DNA of 32,000 bases from Bacillus subtilis subsp. subtilis str. 168 (GTDB lineage: Bacteria; Bacillota; Bacilli; Bacillales; Bacillaceae). Below, one piece after another: positions 21,717 to 30,528 of this stretch (its first letter is position 1; each line of letters begins with the position of its first letter). Below the pieces are notes generated by a model. That model was not told the DNA's origin, ran no database searches, and worked only from the letters and a program-made list of their open reading frames with translations. The DNA lies in contig NC_000964.3 of assembly GCF_000009045.1 (NCBI RefSeq), positions 2,790,001-2,822,000 of the forward strand. The letters run 5' to 3'. The position numbers and the translations under genes are program-made.

Positions 21717-22133
21717 CTAAATATAGAACATATAAGCTTCTTGCTCTCCGTCTGTATAGCTGGCAAGATCCTCTAATGTTGTACTGTCTAAAACCTCTTT
21801 TACAGCATCCCGGATGCGAATCCAGAGCTCACGCTTGGCAGGCTCCTCATCTTCCAGCACTTCAACAGGGCTGATCGGCCCCTCAAGCACACGGATAATA
21901 TCTCCCGCAGTAATGGCATCCGGCTCACTGCCTAATACATATCCGCCATATGCGCCTCTGATGCTTTTCACTAAACCGGCATTTCTGAGCGGCGATACCA
22001 GCTGCTCCAAATAATGCTCGGACAAATTATTCGTCTGTGCGATGCTTTTTAATGAAGTCGGGCCTTCACCGTGCTTTTTTGCAAGCTCGATCATAATGGT
22101 GAGCCCGTATCTTCCCTTAGTTGATATTTTCAA
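21717..22133 (-). CDS. cymR: Rrf2-family cysteine metabolism repressor CymR (YrzC)
   Basis: KISTKGRYGLTIMIELAKKHGEGPTSLKSIAQTNNLSEHYLEQLVSPLRNAGLVKSIRGAYGGYVLG. TTG start at 22133 (138 aa) preferred by SD GAGGTG spacing; ATG at 22136 is adjacent. Confidence 0.9.
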   Translation of the reverse strand: MKISTKGRYGLTIMIELAKKHGEGPTSLKSIAQTNNLSEHYLEQLVSPLRNAGLVKSIRGAYGGYVLGSEPDAITAGDIIRVLEGPISPVEVLEDEEPAKRELWIRIRDAVKEVLDSTTLEDLASYTDGEQEAYMFYI

Positions 22134-22335
22134 CATGAACACCTCTGTTATTTCATGATTTTCCACATTTATAATGGTAATTTCTATATGTTTCGTCCGT
22201 TTATTATCTTATAGACCAACTGTTATTATAACATACCTTCAGCGAATTTTCATTGAGGCAGAAGGAAAGGGGCCTTTACCCTTTTCTAATGTACGGTTTT
22301 CCGTTACCCTGTAATTAAGTAAGGAGAGATGATAG

Positions 22336-23601
22336 ATGAAGCCATTGGCATATCGGATGCGTCCGACAAAAATAGAGGATATTATCGGCCAGCAGCATCT
22401 GGTGGCTGAAGATAAAATTATTGGCAGAATGGTCCAGGCAAAACATTTGTCATCCATGATTTTGTACGGGCCGCCCGGAATTGGAAAAACATCAATCGCA
22501 ACAGCAATCGCCGGTTCAACAAGTATTGCTTTTCGAAAGCTGAATGCTGTCATTAACAATAAAAAAGATATGGAAATCGTAGCTCAGGAAGCCAAGATGT
22601 CCGGCCAAGTGATTTTGATTCTGGATGAAGTCCACAGGCTGGATAAAGGAAAACAGGATTTTCTATTACCCTATTTAGAAAACGGAATGATCATTTTGAT
22701 CGGAGCAACGACGGCTAACCCGTATCATGCCATTAATCCGGCGATCAGAAGCCGGACCCAGATTTTTGAGCTTGAACCGTTAACACCTGAACTGATTAAA
22801 CAGGCACTGGAACGTGCGCTCCATGATGAGCATCGGGGCCTTGGCACCTATTCTGTATCCATTGATGATCAGGCGATGGAGCATTTTGCCCACGGATGCG
22901 GAGGAGATGTCCGCTCCGCTTTAAATGCGCTTGAGCTTGCCGTGTTGTCAACGAAGGAGTCAGCAGACGGTGAAATTCACATTACATTAGAAACCGCGGA
23001 AGAATGCTTGCAGAAAAAAAGCTTTTCTCACGATAAAGATGGTGACGCGCATTATGATGTACTGTCCGCTTTTCAAAAATCAATCCGCGGCTCTGATGCC
23101 AACGCTGCTCTTCACTATTTGGCTAGATTAATTGAAGCCGGTGATCTGGAGAGCATCGCAAGACGATTGCTTGTTATCGCCTATGAGGATATCGGTTTAG
23201 CAAGCCCGCAAGCCGGCCCTAGAGTGCTGAACGCTATTCAGACCGCTGAGCGAGTCGGGTTTCCTGAAGCGCGAATCCCGCTGGCCAACGCAGTTATTGA
23301 GCTTTGCCTCTCACCGAAATCAAACTCTGCCATTCTGGCAATCGATGAGGCCCTGGCAGATATCAGAGCCGGAAAAATTGGGGATGTCCCGAAGCATTTA
23401 AAAGACGCGCATTATAAAGGAGCTCAGGAATTAGGAAGAGGAATCGACTATAAATACCCGCACAATTACGACAACGGTTGGGTCGAACAACAATACCTCC
23501 CTGATCCTCTGAAAAATAAGCAATACTATAAGCCGAAACAGACTGGAAAGTTCGAATCTGCCTTAAAGCAGGTGTACGATAAATTAATGAAAAGAAAATA
23601 A
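22336..23601 (+). CDS. rarA: Replication-associated recombination protein RarA/MgsA (YrvN)
   Basis: 421 aa AAA+ ATPase; IIGQQHLVAEDKIIGRM, YGPPGIGKTSIATAIAG, ILDEVHRLDKGKQD. Confidence 0.94.
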   Translation: MKPLAYRMRPTKIEDIIGQQHLVAEDKIIGRMVQAKHLSSMILYGPPGIGKTSIATAIAGSTSIAFRKLNAVINNKKDMEIVAQEAKMSGQVILILDEVHRLDKGKQDFLLPYLENGMIILIGATTANPYHAINPAIRSRTQIFELEPLTPELIKQALERALHDEHRGLGTYSVSIDDQAMEHFAHGCGGDVRSALNALELAVLSTKESADGEIHITLETAEECLQKKSFSHDKDGDAHYDVLSAFQKSIRGSDANAALHYLARLIEAGDLESIARRLLVIAYEDIGLASPQAGPRVLNAIQTAERVGFPEARIPLANAVIELCLSPKSNSAILAIDEALADIRAGKIGDVPKHLKDAHYKGAQELGRGIDYKYPHNYDNGWVEQQYLPDPLKNKQYYKPKQTGKFESALKQVYDKLMKRK

Positions 23602-23603
23602 AA

Positions 23604-23637
23604 CAAAAAAACAGCCTTGATCATCAAGGCTGTTTTT
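23604..23637. terminator. Bidirectional terminator between convergent rarA and tcdA
   Basis: AAAAAACAGCCTTGATCATCAAGGCTGTTTTT. Confidence 0.92.
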
Positions 23638-23642
23638 ATGCA

Positions 23643-24407
23643 TTATTTATCCTTCACACGTTTGATTTCAATGTCTTTCAAAAGATCCATGACAACATGT
23701 CCGCCCATAATCAAACCTGCAACTGACGGCACAAAAGCATTAGAGGAAGGCGGCATTTTTGCTTTACGTATTTTCGCTTCGTCATTCCCCACTTCTTTTC
23801 TGACATCTTCCCGAATAACAATCGGGCTTTCATCAGAGAAAATCACTTGAACGCCTTTTTTGATACCCTCCTTGCGTAATTTCGTACGAACGACCTTCGC
23901 AATTGGATCAGTGTGCGTTTTTGAGATATCAGCGATTTGGAAGCGTGTCGGATCCGTTTTATTTGCAGCACCCATGCTGGAGATGAGCGGAATATCCCGT
24001 TTTAGACATTCTTTCATTAAATGAATTTTATAACAAATGGTGTCTGACGCATCAATGACATAGTCAAGACCATAGTCAAAAAACTGCTCATACGTTTCCT
24101 CCGTATAGAACATTTTTAACGCGATCACTTCACACTCCGGGTTAATGTCTGCGATCCGCGCCTTCATTAAATCAACTTTCGGCTGTCCGACAGTTGAAAG
24201 CAGCGCGTGAAGCTGACGATTTACATTTGTAATGTCGACATCATCTTTGTCGACAAGCAGAATGCGGCCGACGCCTGACCGCGCGAGAGCTTCCGCCGCG
24301 AACGACCCGACTCCCCCGACTCCAAGCACAGCAACTGTGCTGTTTTTCAGCGTTTCAAGGCCTTCTTTTCCGATAGCTAATTCATTGCGTGAAAACTGGT
24401 GTAACAA
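23643..24407 (-). CDS. tcdA: tRNA threonylcarbamoyladenosine dehydratase (TcdA/YrvM)
   Basis: E1/ThiF-like: LHQFSRNELAIGKEGLETLKNSTVAVLGVGGVGSFAAEALARSGVG. TTG start at 24407 (254 aa) has SD GGAGTGAGG; track start is longer. Confidence 0.9.
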   Translation of the reverse strand: MLHQFSRNELAIGKEGLETLKNSTVAVLGVGGVGSFAAEALARSGVGRILLVDKDDVDITNVNRQLHALLSTVGQPKVDLMKARIADINPECEVIALKMFYTEETYEQFFDYGLDYVIDASDTICYKIHLMKECLKRDIPLISSMGAANKTDPTRFQIADISKTHTDPIAKVVRTKLRKEGIKKGVQVIFSDESPIVIREDVRKEVGNDEAKIRKAKMPPSSNAFVPSVAGLIMGGHVVMDLLKDIEIKRVKDK

Positions 24408-24491
24408 GAACCTCACTCCACATTCGTATTCTGGTTTCATCTATAAAATGGCTGATCCATGAGCAGCCGTTTTTTCTGCGCACAAAAAATA

Positions 24492-24692
24492 AAGTCCCAA
24501 TAGTGCCGTTGCAGCTTTCCTTTGTTTTGAACCCGCTCTCAGCAGGTGGGTGCCCTCTTTTAAATCTTGTAAGTCCTCTTTACCGAATGAAAAGAGGCAT
24601 GTACGCCATTTAAAAATGCGGGCTCCCAAATCAAAAAAATGTTCGGTCAAAACTAGGTGTACAACTAACACATCAGGACTTTATTTAACTTG
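24492..24692 (-). ncRNA. bsrA: 6S-1 RNA (bsrA); precursor about 24492..24692, mature about 24492..24681
   Basis: Minus AAGTCCTGATGTG...GGGACTT closing stem, long imperfect rod with central bulge, located in aspS-yrvM gap, T-run at 24484..24490. Matches recalled B. subtilis 6S-1 sequence. Confidence 0.92.
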
Positions 24693-24698
24693 TCAAAA

Positions 24699-24726
24699 TC
24701 ATATCACAGACGATTTTGATTTTCAA
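24699..24726 (-). promoter_or_regulatory. Candidate SigA promoter for 6S-1 RNA
   Basis: TTGAAA (24721..24726) - 16 nt - TATGAT (24699..24704). Confidence 0.65.
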
Positions 24727-24742
24727 GAATCGAACTGCAAAT

Positions 24743-26521
24743 TCAGTTCTTAACTTTTTTCTTGATAGAAAGATGAAGCTCGTCAAGCTGGGCGTCGCTT
24801 ACTTCGCCTGGCGCTTCTGTCATCAGGCAGCTTGCACTTGCCGTTTTCGGGAATGCAATCGTATCTCTCAGGTTCGTACGTCCAGCGAGAAGCATAACGA
24901 GACGGTCTAAGCCGAGTGCGATTCCGCCGTGCGGAGGAGCGCCGTATTCAAATGCTTCCAGCAGGAATCCGAACTGTTCAGCCGCTTCTTCTGGTGAGAA
25001 GCCGAGAAGCGCAAACATTTTTTCCTGAATATCCTTTTCGAAAATACGGATTGAACCGCCGCCAAGCTCATAGCCGTTTAAGACGAGGTCATAAGCTTGC
25101 GCTTTCATGTCTTCAGGCGCTGTTTCAATCAGCTCAAGGTCTTCTCGGACAGGCATTGTGAACGGATGGTGCGCTGCGTAAAAACGGCCTTCTTCCGGAT
25201 CATGCTCTAATAGCGGCCAGTCGATGACCCATAAGAAATTGAACAATTTTTCGTCAATCAGTCCGCGTTCTTTCCCAAGCTTTAAGCGCAGGGCGCCGAG
25301 TGATGCGGCCACAACTTCGAATTGATCCGCTCCGAACAGCAGCAAATCACCTTCAGCAGCATCAAGTGCTTCAATCAGCTTAGACTGCTTTTCTTCATCA
25401 AAGAATTTAGCGATCGGGCCTTTCACTCCGTCTGCCTCAACCTTCACCCAGGCAAGCCCTTTTGCCCCGTAGTTTGCAGCAAAAGCGCCAAGAGCGTCGA
25501 TGTCTTTTCTGGAGTAATCGCCGGCACCGCCTTTTACATTGATGGCTTTGACCACGCCGCCGTTTGCTACAGCTGATGAGAACACTTTAAATTCCGTATC
25601 CTTTACAATGTCAGACACATCCGTCAAAAGCATGTCAAAACGCGTATCCGGTTTATCAGACCCGTACTTGTTCATTGCTTCGTCATACGTCATTCGAGGA
25701 AGAGGAAGCTGAAGTTCCTCACCTTTTGTTTCACGCATAACCTTTGCCATCATCTCCTCAGCCAATGACATAATGTCTTCCTGGCTCATAAAGGACATTT
25801 CAATATCAATTTGCGTAAACTCAGGCTGACGGTCCGCACGCAAGTCTTCATCGCGGAAACAGCGGGCAATTTGATAATATCGTTCAATGCCTGATACCAT
25901 CAGAAGCTGTTTAAATAGCTGCGGAGACTGCGGCAGCGCGTAGAACTCACCTTCGTGCACACGGCTCGGCACCAAGTAGTCACGTGCGCCTTCAGGCGTG
26001 CTTCCTGTTAAAATCGGCGTTTCAATATCAAGAAACCCATTTTCATCTAAAAAGCTGCGAACAGCTTTCGTCACGTTATGGCGCAGCTGCATCGTCTGGA
26101 ACATAGCCGGTCTGCGCAAATCTAAGTAACGGTGTTTTAAACGAACGTCCTCTGACACTTCTTCAGCTTGATCAGAAATCGCAAATGGAGGTGTCTTTGC
26201 AGCATTTAATACGTTCACTCCATCAGCATGTATTTCGATCGCGCCTGTTTTCAAATTCGGATTAACTGTTCCCTCTTCACGCGCCACCACTTTTCCTTGA
26301 ATATCAAGCACGTATTCATTTCTGATGCCTTCCGCAATAGCAAGCGCTTCTTTTGACACATCAGGGTTAAAAACGACTTGAACAATGCCCGTACGGTCAC
26401 GCAAGTCAATAAAAATCAATCCGCCGAGGTCTCGTCTTTTTTGGACCCAGCCTTTCAGCGTTACAGATTCGCCAATTGCTTTTTCAGTTATATCACCGCA
26501 ATAATATGTTCTTCCAAACAA
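24743..26521 (-). CDS. aspS: Aspartyl-tRNA synthetase
   Basis: 592 aa, TTG start; [62 protein letters not shown]. Confidence 0.97.
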   Translation of the reverse strand: MFGRTYYCGDITEKAIGESVTLKGWVQKRRDLGGLIFIDLRDRTGIVQVVFNPDVSKEALAIAEGIRNEYVLDIQGKVVAREEGTVNPNLKTGAIEIHADGVNVLNAAKTPPFAISDQAEEVSEDVRLKHRYLDLRRPAMFQTMQLRHNVTKAVRSFLDENGFLDIETPILTGSTPEGARDYLVPSRVHEGEFYALPQSPQLFKQLLMVSGIERYYQIARCFRDEDLRADRQPEFTQIDIEMSFMSQEDIMSLAEEMMAKVMRETKGEELQLPLPRMTYDEAMNKYGSDKPDTRFDMLLTDVSDIVKDTEFKVFSSAVANGGVVKAINVKGGAGDYSRKDIDALGAFAANYGAKGLAWVKVEADGVKGPIAKFFDEEKQSKLIEALDAAEGDLLLFGADQFEVVAASLGALRLKLGKERGLIDEKLFNFLWVIDWPLLEHDPEEGRFYAAHHPFTMPVREDLELIETAPEDMKAQAYDLVLNGYELGGGSIRIFEKDIQEKMFALLGFSPEEAAEQFGFLLEAFEYGAPPHGGIALGLDRLVMLLAGRTNLRDTIAFPKTASASCLMTEAPGEVSDAQLDELHLSIKKKVKN

Positions 26522-26534
26522 TGCGTTTCACTCC

Positions 26535-27809
26535 TTATCCCTTTTGGTTTGCCTTCATCACATGTATAAATTCATCAAGTGCCACTTCAATCTGTTCGCC
26601 CGTCTGTGCATCCTTTACATTGATTTTGTTTTGGGCAAGCTCATCTTCACCCAAAATCGCAATAAATCTGGCCTTTAAGCGATCAGCTGTTTTAAACTGG
26701 CCTTTCATTTTCTTATTTTCATAATCGATTTCACTGGAAATGCCTGCTTCTCTCAGTTTGTACACCAATGAAACAGAATAATCCTTTGCTTTTTCGCCGA
26801 GTGTGACGATATAGCAGTCGATTCCCTTATCAACAGGCAGCTCTCTTTTTTCAGCATCAATTGCGGCAAGCAAGCGTTCGATGCTCATCGCAAATCCGAT
26901 GCCCGGTGCTTCAGGTCCGCCGATCTGTTCGACAAGCCCGTCGTAGCGTCCGCCGCCGGCAAGTGTCGTAATCGCGCCAAAGCCCTCCGCATTGCTCATA
27001 ATTTCAAATGCGGTGTGGTTGTAATAATCCAGCCCTCTCACAAGGTTCGGATCGATTTCATACGAAATGCCAAGATCATTTAAGTATTGTTTCACTTTTT
27101 CAAAATAAGCGGCTGATTCTTCATTTAAATATGTCAAAATCGAAGGTGCCGATTTCATCAGCTCATGATCACGGTCTTTTTTGCAGTCCAAAATTCTAAG
27201 CGGGTTCGTGTGCAGCCGGGACTGGCAGTCTGAACAAAATTCTTCGATGCGAGGCTCGAAGTGTTTCACGAGCGCTTCTCTGTAGCTTTTGCGGCTATCT
27301 TGATCGCCGAGACTGTTTATGACAAGCTTAACGTTTTCTAAACCTGCTTTTTCATAAATACTCATCGCAAGCGCCATTACTTCAGCGTCGATTGCAGGGT
27401 CTTTCGAACCAATCGCTTCAATTCCAAACTGATAAAACTGGCGGTAACGGCCCGTCTGAGGACGTTCATAACGGAACATCGGCCCGACATAATAAAGCTT
27501 TGTCGGCTGTACAGGATTTGCGAACAGCTTGTTTTCATTAAAAGCGCGAACCGCAGCAGCTGTTCCCTCCGGACGAAGCGTCAGGCTTCTGCCTTTGCGG
27601 TCCTCGAAGGTATACATTTCTTTTTGTACGATATCCGTTGATTCTCCGACGCCTCTGGCAAACAGTTCTGTATGCTCAAAAATCGGTGTGCGGATTTCTT
27701 TATATTGATAAGTGCGGCAAGTGTCTCTCATAATTTGTTCAACAAACTGCCAGCGATCTGATTCTCCAGGCAGAATATCCTGTGTTCCTCTCGGAATGTT
27801 ATATCCCAT
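26535..27809 (-). CDS. hisS: Histidyl-tRNA synthetase
   Basis: 424 aa [45 protein letters not shown]; SD AAGGAGG. Confidence 0.97.
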   Translation of the reverse strand: MGYNIPRGTQDILPGESDRWQFVEQIMRDTCRTYQYKEIRTPIFEHTELFARGVGESTDIVQKEMYTFEDRKGRSLTLRPEGTAAAVRAFNENKLFANPVQPTKLYYVGPMFRYERPQTGRYRQFYQFGIEAIGSKDPAIDAEVMALAMSIYEKAGLENVKLVINSLGDQDSRKSYREALVKHFEPRIEEFCSDCQSRLHTNPLRILDCKKDRDHELMKSAPSILTYLNEESAAYFEKVKQYLNDLGISYEIDPNLVRGLDYYNHTAFEIMSNAEGFGAITTLAGGGRYDGLVEQIGGPEAPGIGFAMSIERLLAAIDAEKRELPVDKGIDCYIVTLGEKAKDYSVSLVYKLREAGISSEIDYENKKMKGQFKTADRLKARFIAILGEDELAQNKINVKDAQTGEQIEVALDEFIHVMKANQKG

Positions 27810-27865
27810 AGGTAGACCTCCTTATGTATTCCTTATAAAATATCCAATGATCGTTAATGATGAAA

Positions 27866-28159
27866 ATGAAAAAAACTCCCGCCCCTACTATACATGATAG
27901 TAGGGACGAGAGTTATACCCGTGGTGCCACCCTAGTTGGAATACGTTCATATTCCCGCTCGATCCTTTAACGCAGGTTCACGTTCACTGCCTAATGGCGT
28001 TATTCACGCGTTCAGCAGGAAACCTCCGGAGTGTTGTTTCGAGAAAGACGCAATGGGATCCGCTTTCAGCCTGGGGCGGGTTCCTCTCTAATCATGCAAT
28101 CTGACCTACTCTTCTCCATTATTGGTTCAAATCTTTCATCATTTGCTATGTACTCAATT
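27866..28159 (-). promoter_or_regulatory. T-box riboswitch leader of hisS-aspS
   Basis: Minus GGGTGGCACCACG (27920..27932) T-box motif, followed by terminator stem CTCTCGTCCCTACTAT/ATAGTAGGGGCGGGAG and T-run. Confidence 0.93.
27869..27912 (-). terminator. T-box-regulated terminator upstream of hisS
   Basis: CGTCCCTACTAT-CATGT-ATAGTAGGGGCGGGAG-TTTTTTT on minus strand. Confidence 0.88.
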
Positions 28160-28165
28160 TCTATT

Positions 28166-28194
28166 ATAATAATGGGATTGGGGTTCTCTGTCAA
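28166..28194 (-). promoter_or_regulatory. SigA-type promoter of hisS T-box leader
   Basis: TTGACA (28189..28194) - 17 nt - TATTAT (28166..28171). Confidence 0.75.
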
Positions 28195-28361
28195 GCTTTA
28201 TTCCGGTTGTTTTTCCTCAGCGCTGCTTCTTTGGACATAAGACCAAATTCAGATGCTGTTTCCGTAAGATAACCAGTCGTATCGGGATCTGCGTGATCGC
28301 TGTAATGCAGATTCGCTTCACCGTCGTGAAATGCACGTCCCATTTTTGGATGATATTTCAT
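28191..28361 (-). CDS. yrzK: Small uncharacterised protein YrzK, 56 aa (not in ORF track)
   Basis: Manual translation [56 protein letters not shown]; SD AAAGGTG 8 nt upstream. Confidence 0.72.
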
Positions 28362-28493
28362 GATTTGCACACCTTTTTGATTGTATTTACGCTTAGTATA
28401 AACAAATCATTTTATTTTTATTTAAAAATCAGAAAGGACTTTACGATATTAAACAAGAATGCTTTTTTAATGATCATCAGAAAGGAGGACACA

Positions 28494-30050
28494 ATGAACA
28501 AGAAATACTTTGTCCTTATTGTATGTATTATTTTCACCTCAGCGCTATTCCCGACCTTTTCATCCGTTACAGCTGCTCAAGGAGAAGCGGTCATCGCAAC
28601 AGATGAAATGAACGTCAGAAGCGGCCCAGGGCTTAGCTACGGCATTACAGCGGAAGTAAAAAAGGGAGAACGCTATCCAATTTTAAAGGAAGATGGAGAC
28701 TGGGTGCAGATACAGCTTGGTTCTGGAGAAAAGGGCTGGGTAGTCTCCTGGCTTATTACAAAGGAAGACCAGGCCAGCACAAGCTCCTCAGGAAGCAGTG
28801 ACACTGTGACATCAACAGACCCCGATCTGCGGATGAGAAGCGGCCCGGGCACTTCCTACGAAGTCATCGGCAAATTCCCGCAAGGCAGCCAAGCATCTGT
28901 CATTGATAAAGATTCGGGCTGGATCAAGATATCCTATCACAGTGCCACCGGATGGGTATCATCTGAATATGTCACATCAGGAGGCAGCAGTTCAGCGTCT
29001 GATGAGAGTGACCAAACCGAGGATTCCGGTGCGTCAACGACGGGCACAGTCGGTGTTTCTTCGCTAAATGTAAGAGCCTCCGCCTCACATGACGCGGCAA
29101 TTATAACAAAACTTGATCGCGGAACGAAACTGACGGTTCTCAACGAGAAAAATGGCTGGGCTCACATTGAGGTGAACGGGCTAAAAGGCTGGGTTGCAAG
29201 CCATTACCTTTTGACTAGTTCTGTTCCAGCTGATGATTCAGCAAATGCCGGCAGTTCATCCTCCGCTAAAAAAGCCTATATCATGTACGGAGGAACGAAT
29301 CTAAGAAGTGATGCGTCAACATCAGCTTCGATCGTTGAGCGCGCTGCCAAAGGAGATTCATACACCATTACCGGTTCAAAGGGAAGCTGGTATGAAATAA
29401 AGCTTGATAACGGGCAGACTGCTTATGTAGCCAATTGGGTGGTCCAAACGTCTAAAAGCGCAGAAGAAGCAGGTGAACCGCCAGTCTCTGATTCCCCGTC
29501 TGGAAACGGCTCTCTAAACAATAAAACGATTATTGTTGACCCGGGACATGGAGGAAAAGACAGCGGAACGATCGGGTATTCGGGGAAATTCGAGAAAAAC
29601 CTGACGATCAAAACGGCAAAACTGCTCGCCAGCAAACTTAGATCGGCTGGAGCGGATGTATATGTGACACGCCAGGATGATACCTTTGTCAGCCTGCAGT
29701 CACGGGTCTCTACCTCTCACTACCGTAACGCTGACGCCTTTATCAGCATTCATTATGACAGCTATGCGGATACCTCTACAAGAGGCAGTACAGCATATTA
29801 CTACAGTCCTGCCAAAGATCAGGAACTCGCATCAGATGTCCACTCAGAAGTGGTGAAGCGTTCTTCCATTCCAGACCGCGGCGTATTATTCGGAGATTAT
29901 TATGTGCTCCGGGAAAACAGACAGCCCGCTATGCTGTACGAGCTGGGATATGTAAGCCATCCGCAGGAAGAAGCCATTGTACATAGCAATTCATACCAAG
30001 AAAAAGTAACAGATGGGATCGAAAGCGGATTAGAGAAATACTTCCAATAA
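28494..30050 (+). CDS. yrvJ: N-acetylmuramoyl-L-alanine amidase with multiple SH3b domains (YrvJ)
   Basis: MNKKYFVLIVCIIFTSALFPTFSSVTAAQ signal peptide, four SH3b-like repeats, then Amidase_3 IIVDPGHGGKDSGTIGYSG...ISIHYDS...ELGYVSH. SD AAAGGAGG before ATG 28494; track start 28293 is over-extended. Confidence 0.93.
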   Translation: MNKKYFVLIVCIIFTSALFPTFSSVTAAQGEAVIATDEMNVRSGPGLSYGITAEVKKGERYPILKEDGDWVQIQLGSGEKGWVVSWLITKEDQASTSSSGSSDTVTSTDPDLRMRSGPGTSYEVIGKFPQGSQASVIDKDSGWIKISYHSATGWVSSEYVTSGGSSSASDESDQTEDSGASTTGTVGVSSLNVRASASHDAAIITKLDRGTKLTVLNEKNGWAHIEVNGLKGWVASHYLLTSSVPADDSANAGSSSSAKKAYIMYGGTNLRSDASTSASIVERAAKGDSYTITGSKGSWYEIKLDNGQTAYVANWVVQTSKSAEEAGEPPVSDSPSGNGSLNNKTIIVDPGHGGKDSGTIGYSGKFEKNLTIKTAKLLASKLRSAGADVYVTRQDDTFVSLQSRVSTSHYRNADAFISIHYDSYADTSTRGSTAYYYSPAKDQELASDVHSEVVKRSSIPDRGVLFGDYYVLRENRQPAMLYELGYVSHPQEEAIVHSNSYQEKVTDGIESGLEKYFQ

Positions 30051-30078
30051 AAAAAGCTGCCTTTTGGCAGCTTTTTTT
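30051..30078. terminator. Bidirectional terminator between convergent yrvJ and dtd, touching the dtd stop codon
   Basis: AAAAAAAGCTGCCTTTTGGCAGCTTTTTTT. Confidence 0.92.
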
Positions 30079-30517
30079 ATTTTGAATCCATAATGAGCGT
30101 GACCGGTCCGGAGTTTGTAAGCTGAACATCCATCATTGCTCCAAACGTTCCGGTCTCCACTTTGATTCCTTTTTCACGAAGCAGGTCATTCCATTTTTCA
30201 TAAAGACCTAAAGCTTTATCAGGTTTGGCCGCGTTCATGTAGTTCGGCCGGCGCCCTTTTTTCGTATCTCCATAAAGCGTAAACTGTGAGACGGATAAAA
30301 TCTCTCCTCCTATATCTACAAGAGACAGATTCATTTTCCCTTCACTGTCATCGAAAATACGGAGATTGACAACTTTATCGGCTAAATAAGCTGCATCATC
30401 TTCTGTATCATCGTGAGTGATGCCGACCAGCACCATAAGGCCTTGTCCAATTTGGCCGACGACCTCTTCGTCCACTGTAACGCTTGCTTCTGTTACTCGC
30501 TGAACAACTAATCTCTT
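30077..30517 (-). CDS. dtd: D-aminoacyl(D-Tyr)-tRNA deacylase (YrvI), full homologous frame with no valid start codon (AAG at 30515..30517); first usable in-frame start is GTG at 30475
   Basis: Reading frame (K)[54 protein letters not shown]...[15 protein letters not shown]...[12 protein letters not shown]; SD AAAGGGG 6 nt upstream of the AAG codon. Confidence 0.9.
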   Translation of the reverse strand, partial: KRLVVQRVTEASVTVDEEVVGQIGQGLMVLVGITHDDTEDDAAYLADKVVNLRIFDDSEGKMNLSLVDIGGEILSVSQFTLYGDTKKGRRPNYMNAAKPDKALGLYEKWNDLLREKGIKVETGTFGAMMDVQLTNSGPVTLIMDSK

Positions 30518-30528
30518 TTCTAACCCCT

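Noticed and set aside
22262-22290. Weak AAAGGG...CCCTTTT hairpin between cymR and rarA
   Set aside because: Short stem in a divergent promoter region; no clear terminator role.
22239-22559. 106-aa minus ORF antisense to the rarA 5' end
   Set aside because: Shadow ORF opposite a highly conserved AAA+ gene; no family resemblance.
24441-24671. 76-aa minus ORF and several + strand ORFs in the tcdA-aspS gap
   Set aside because: They overlap the 6S-1 RNA and show no protein-family character.
28293-28493. Upstream extension of YrvJ in the ORF track
   Set aside because: Adds non-signal sequence overlapping yrzK; the SD and signal peptide point to ATG at 28494.
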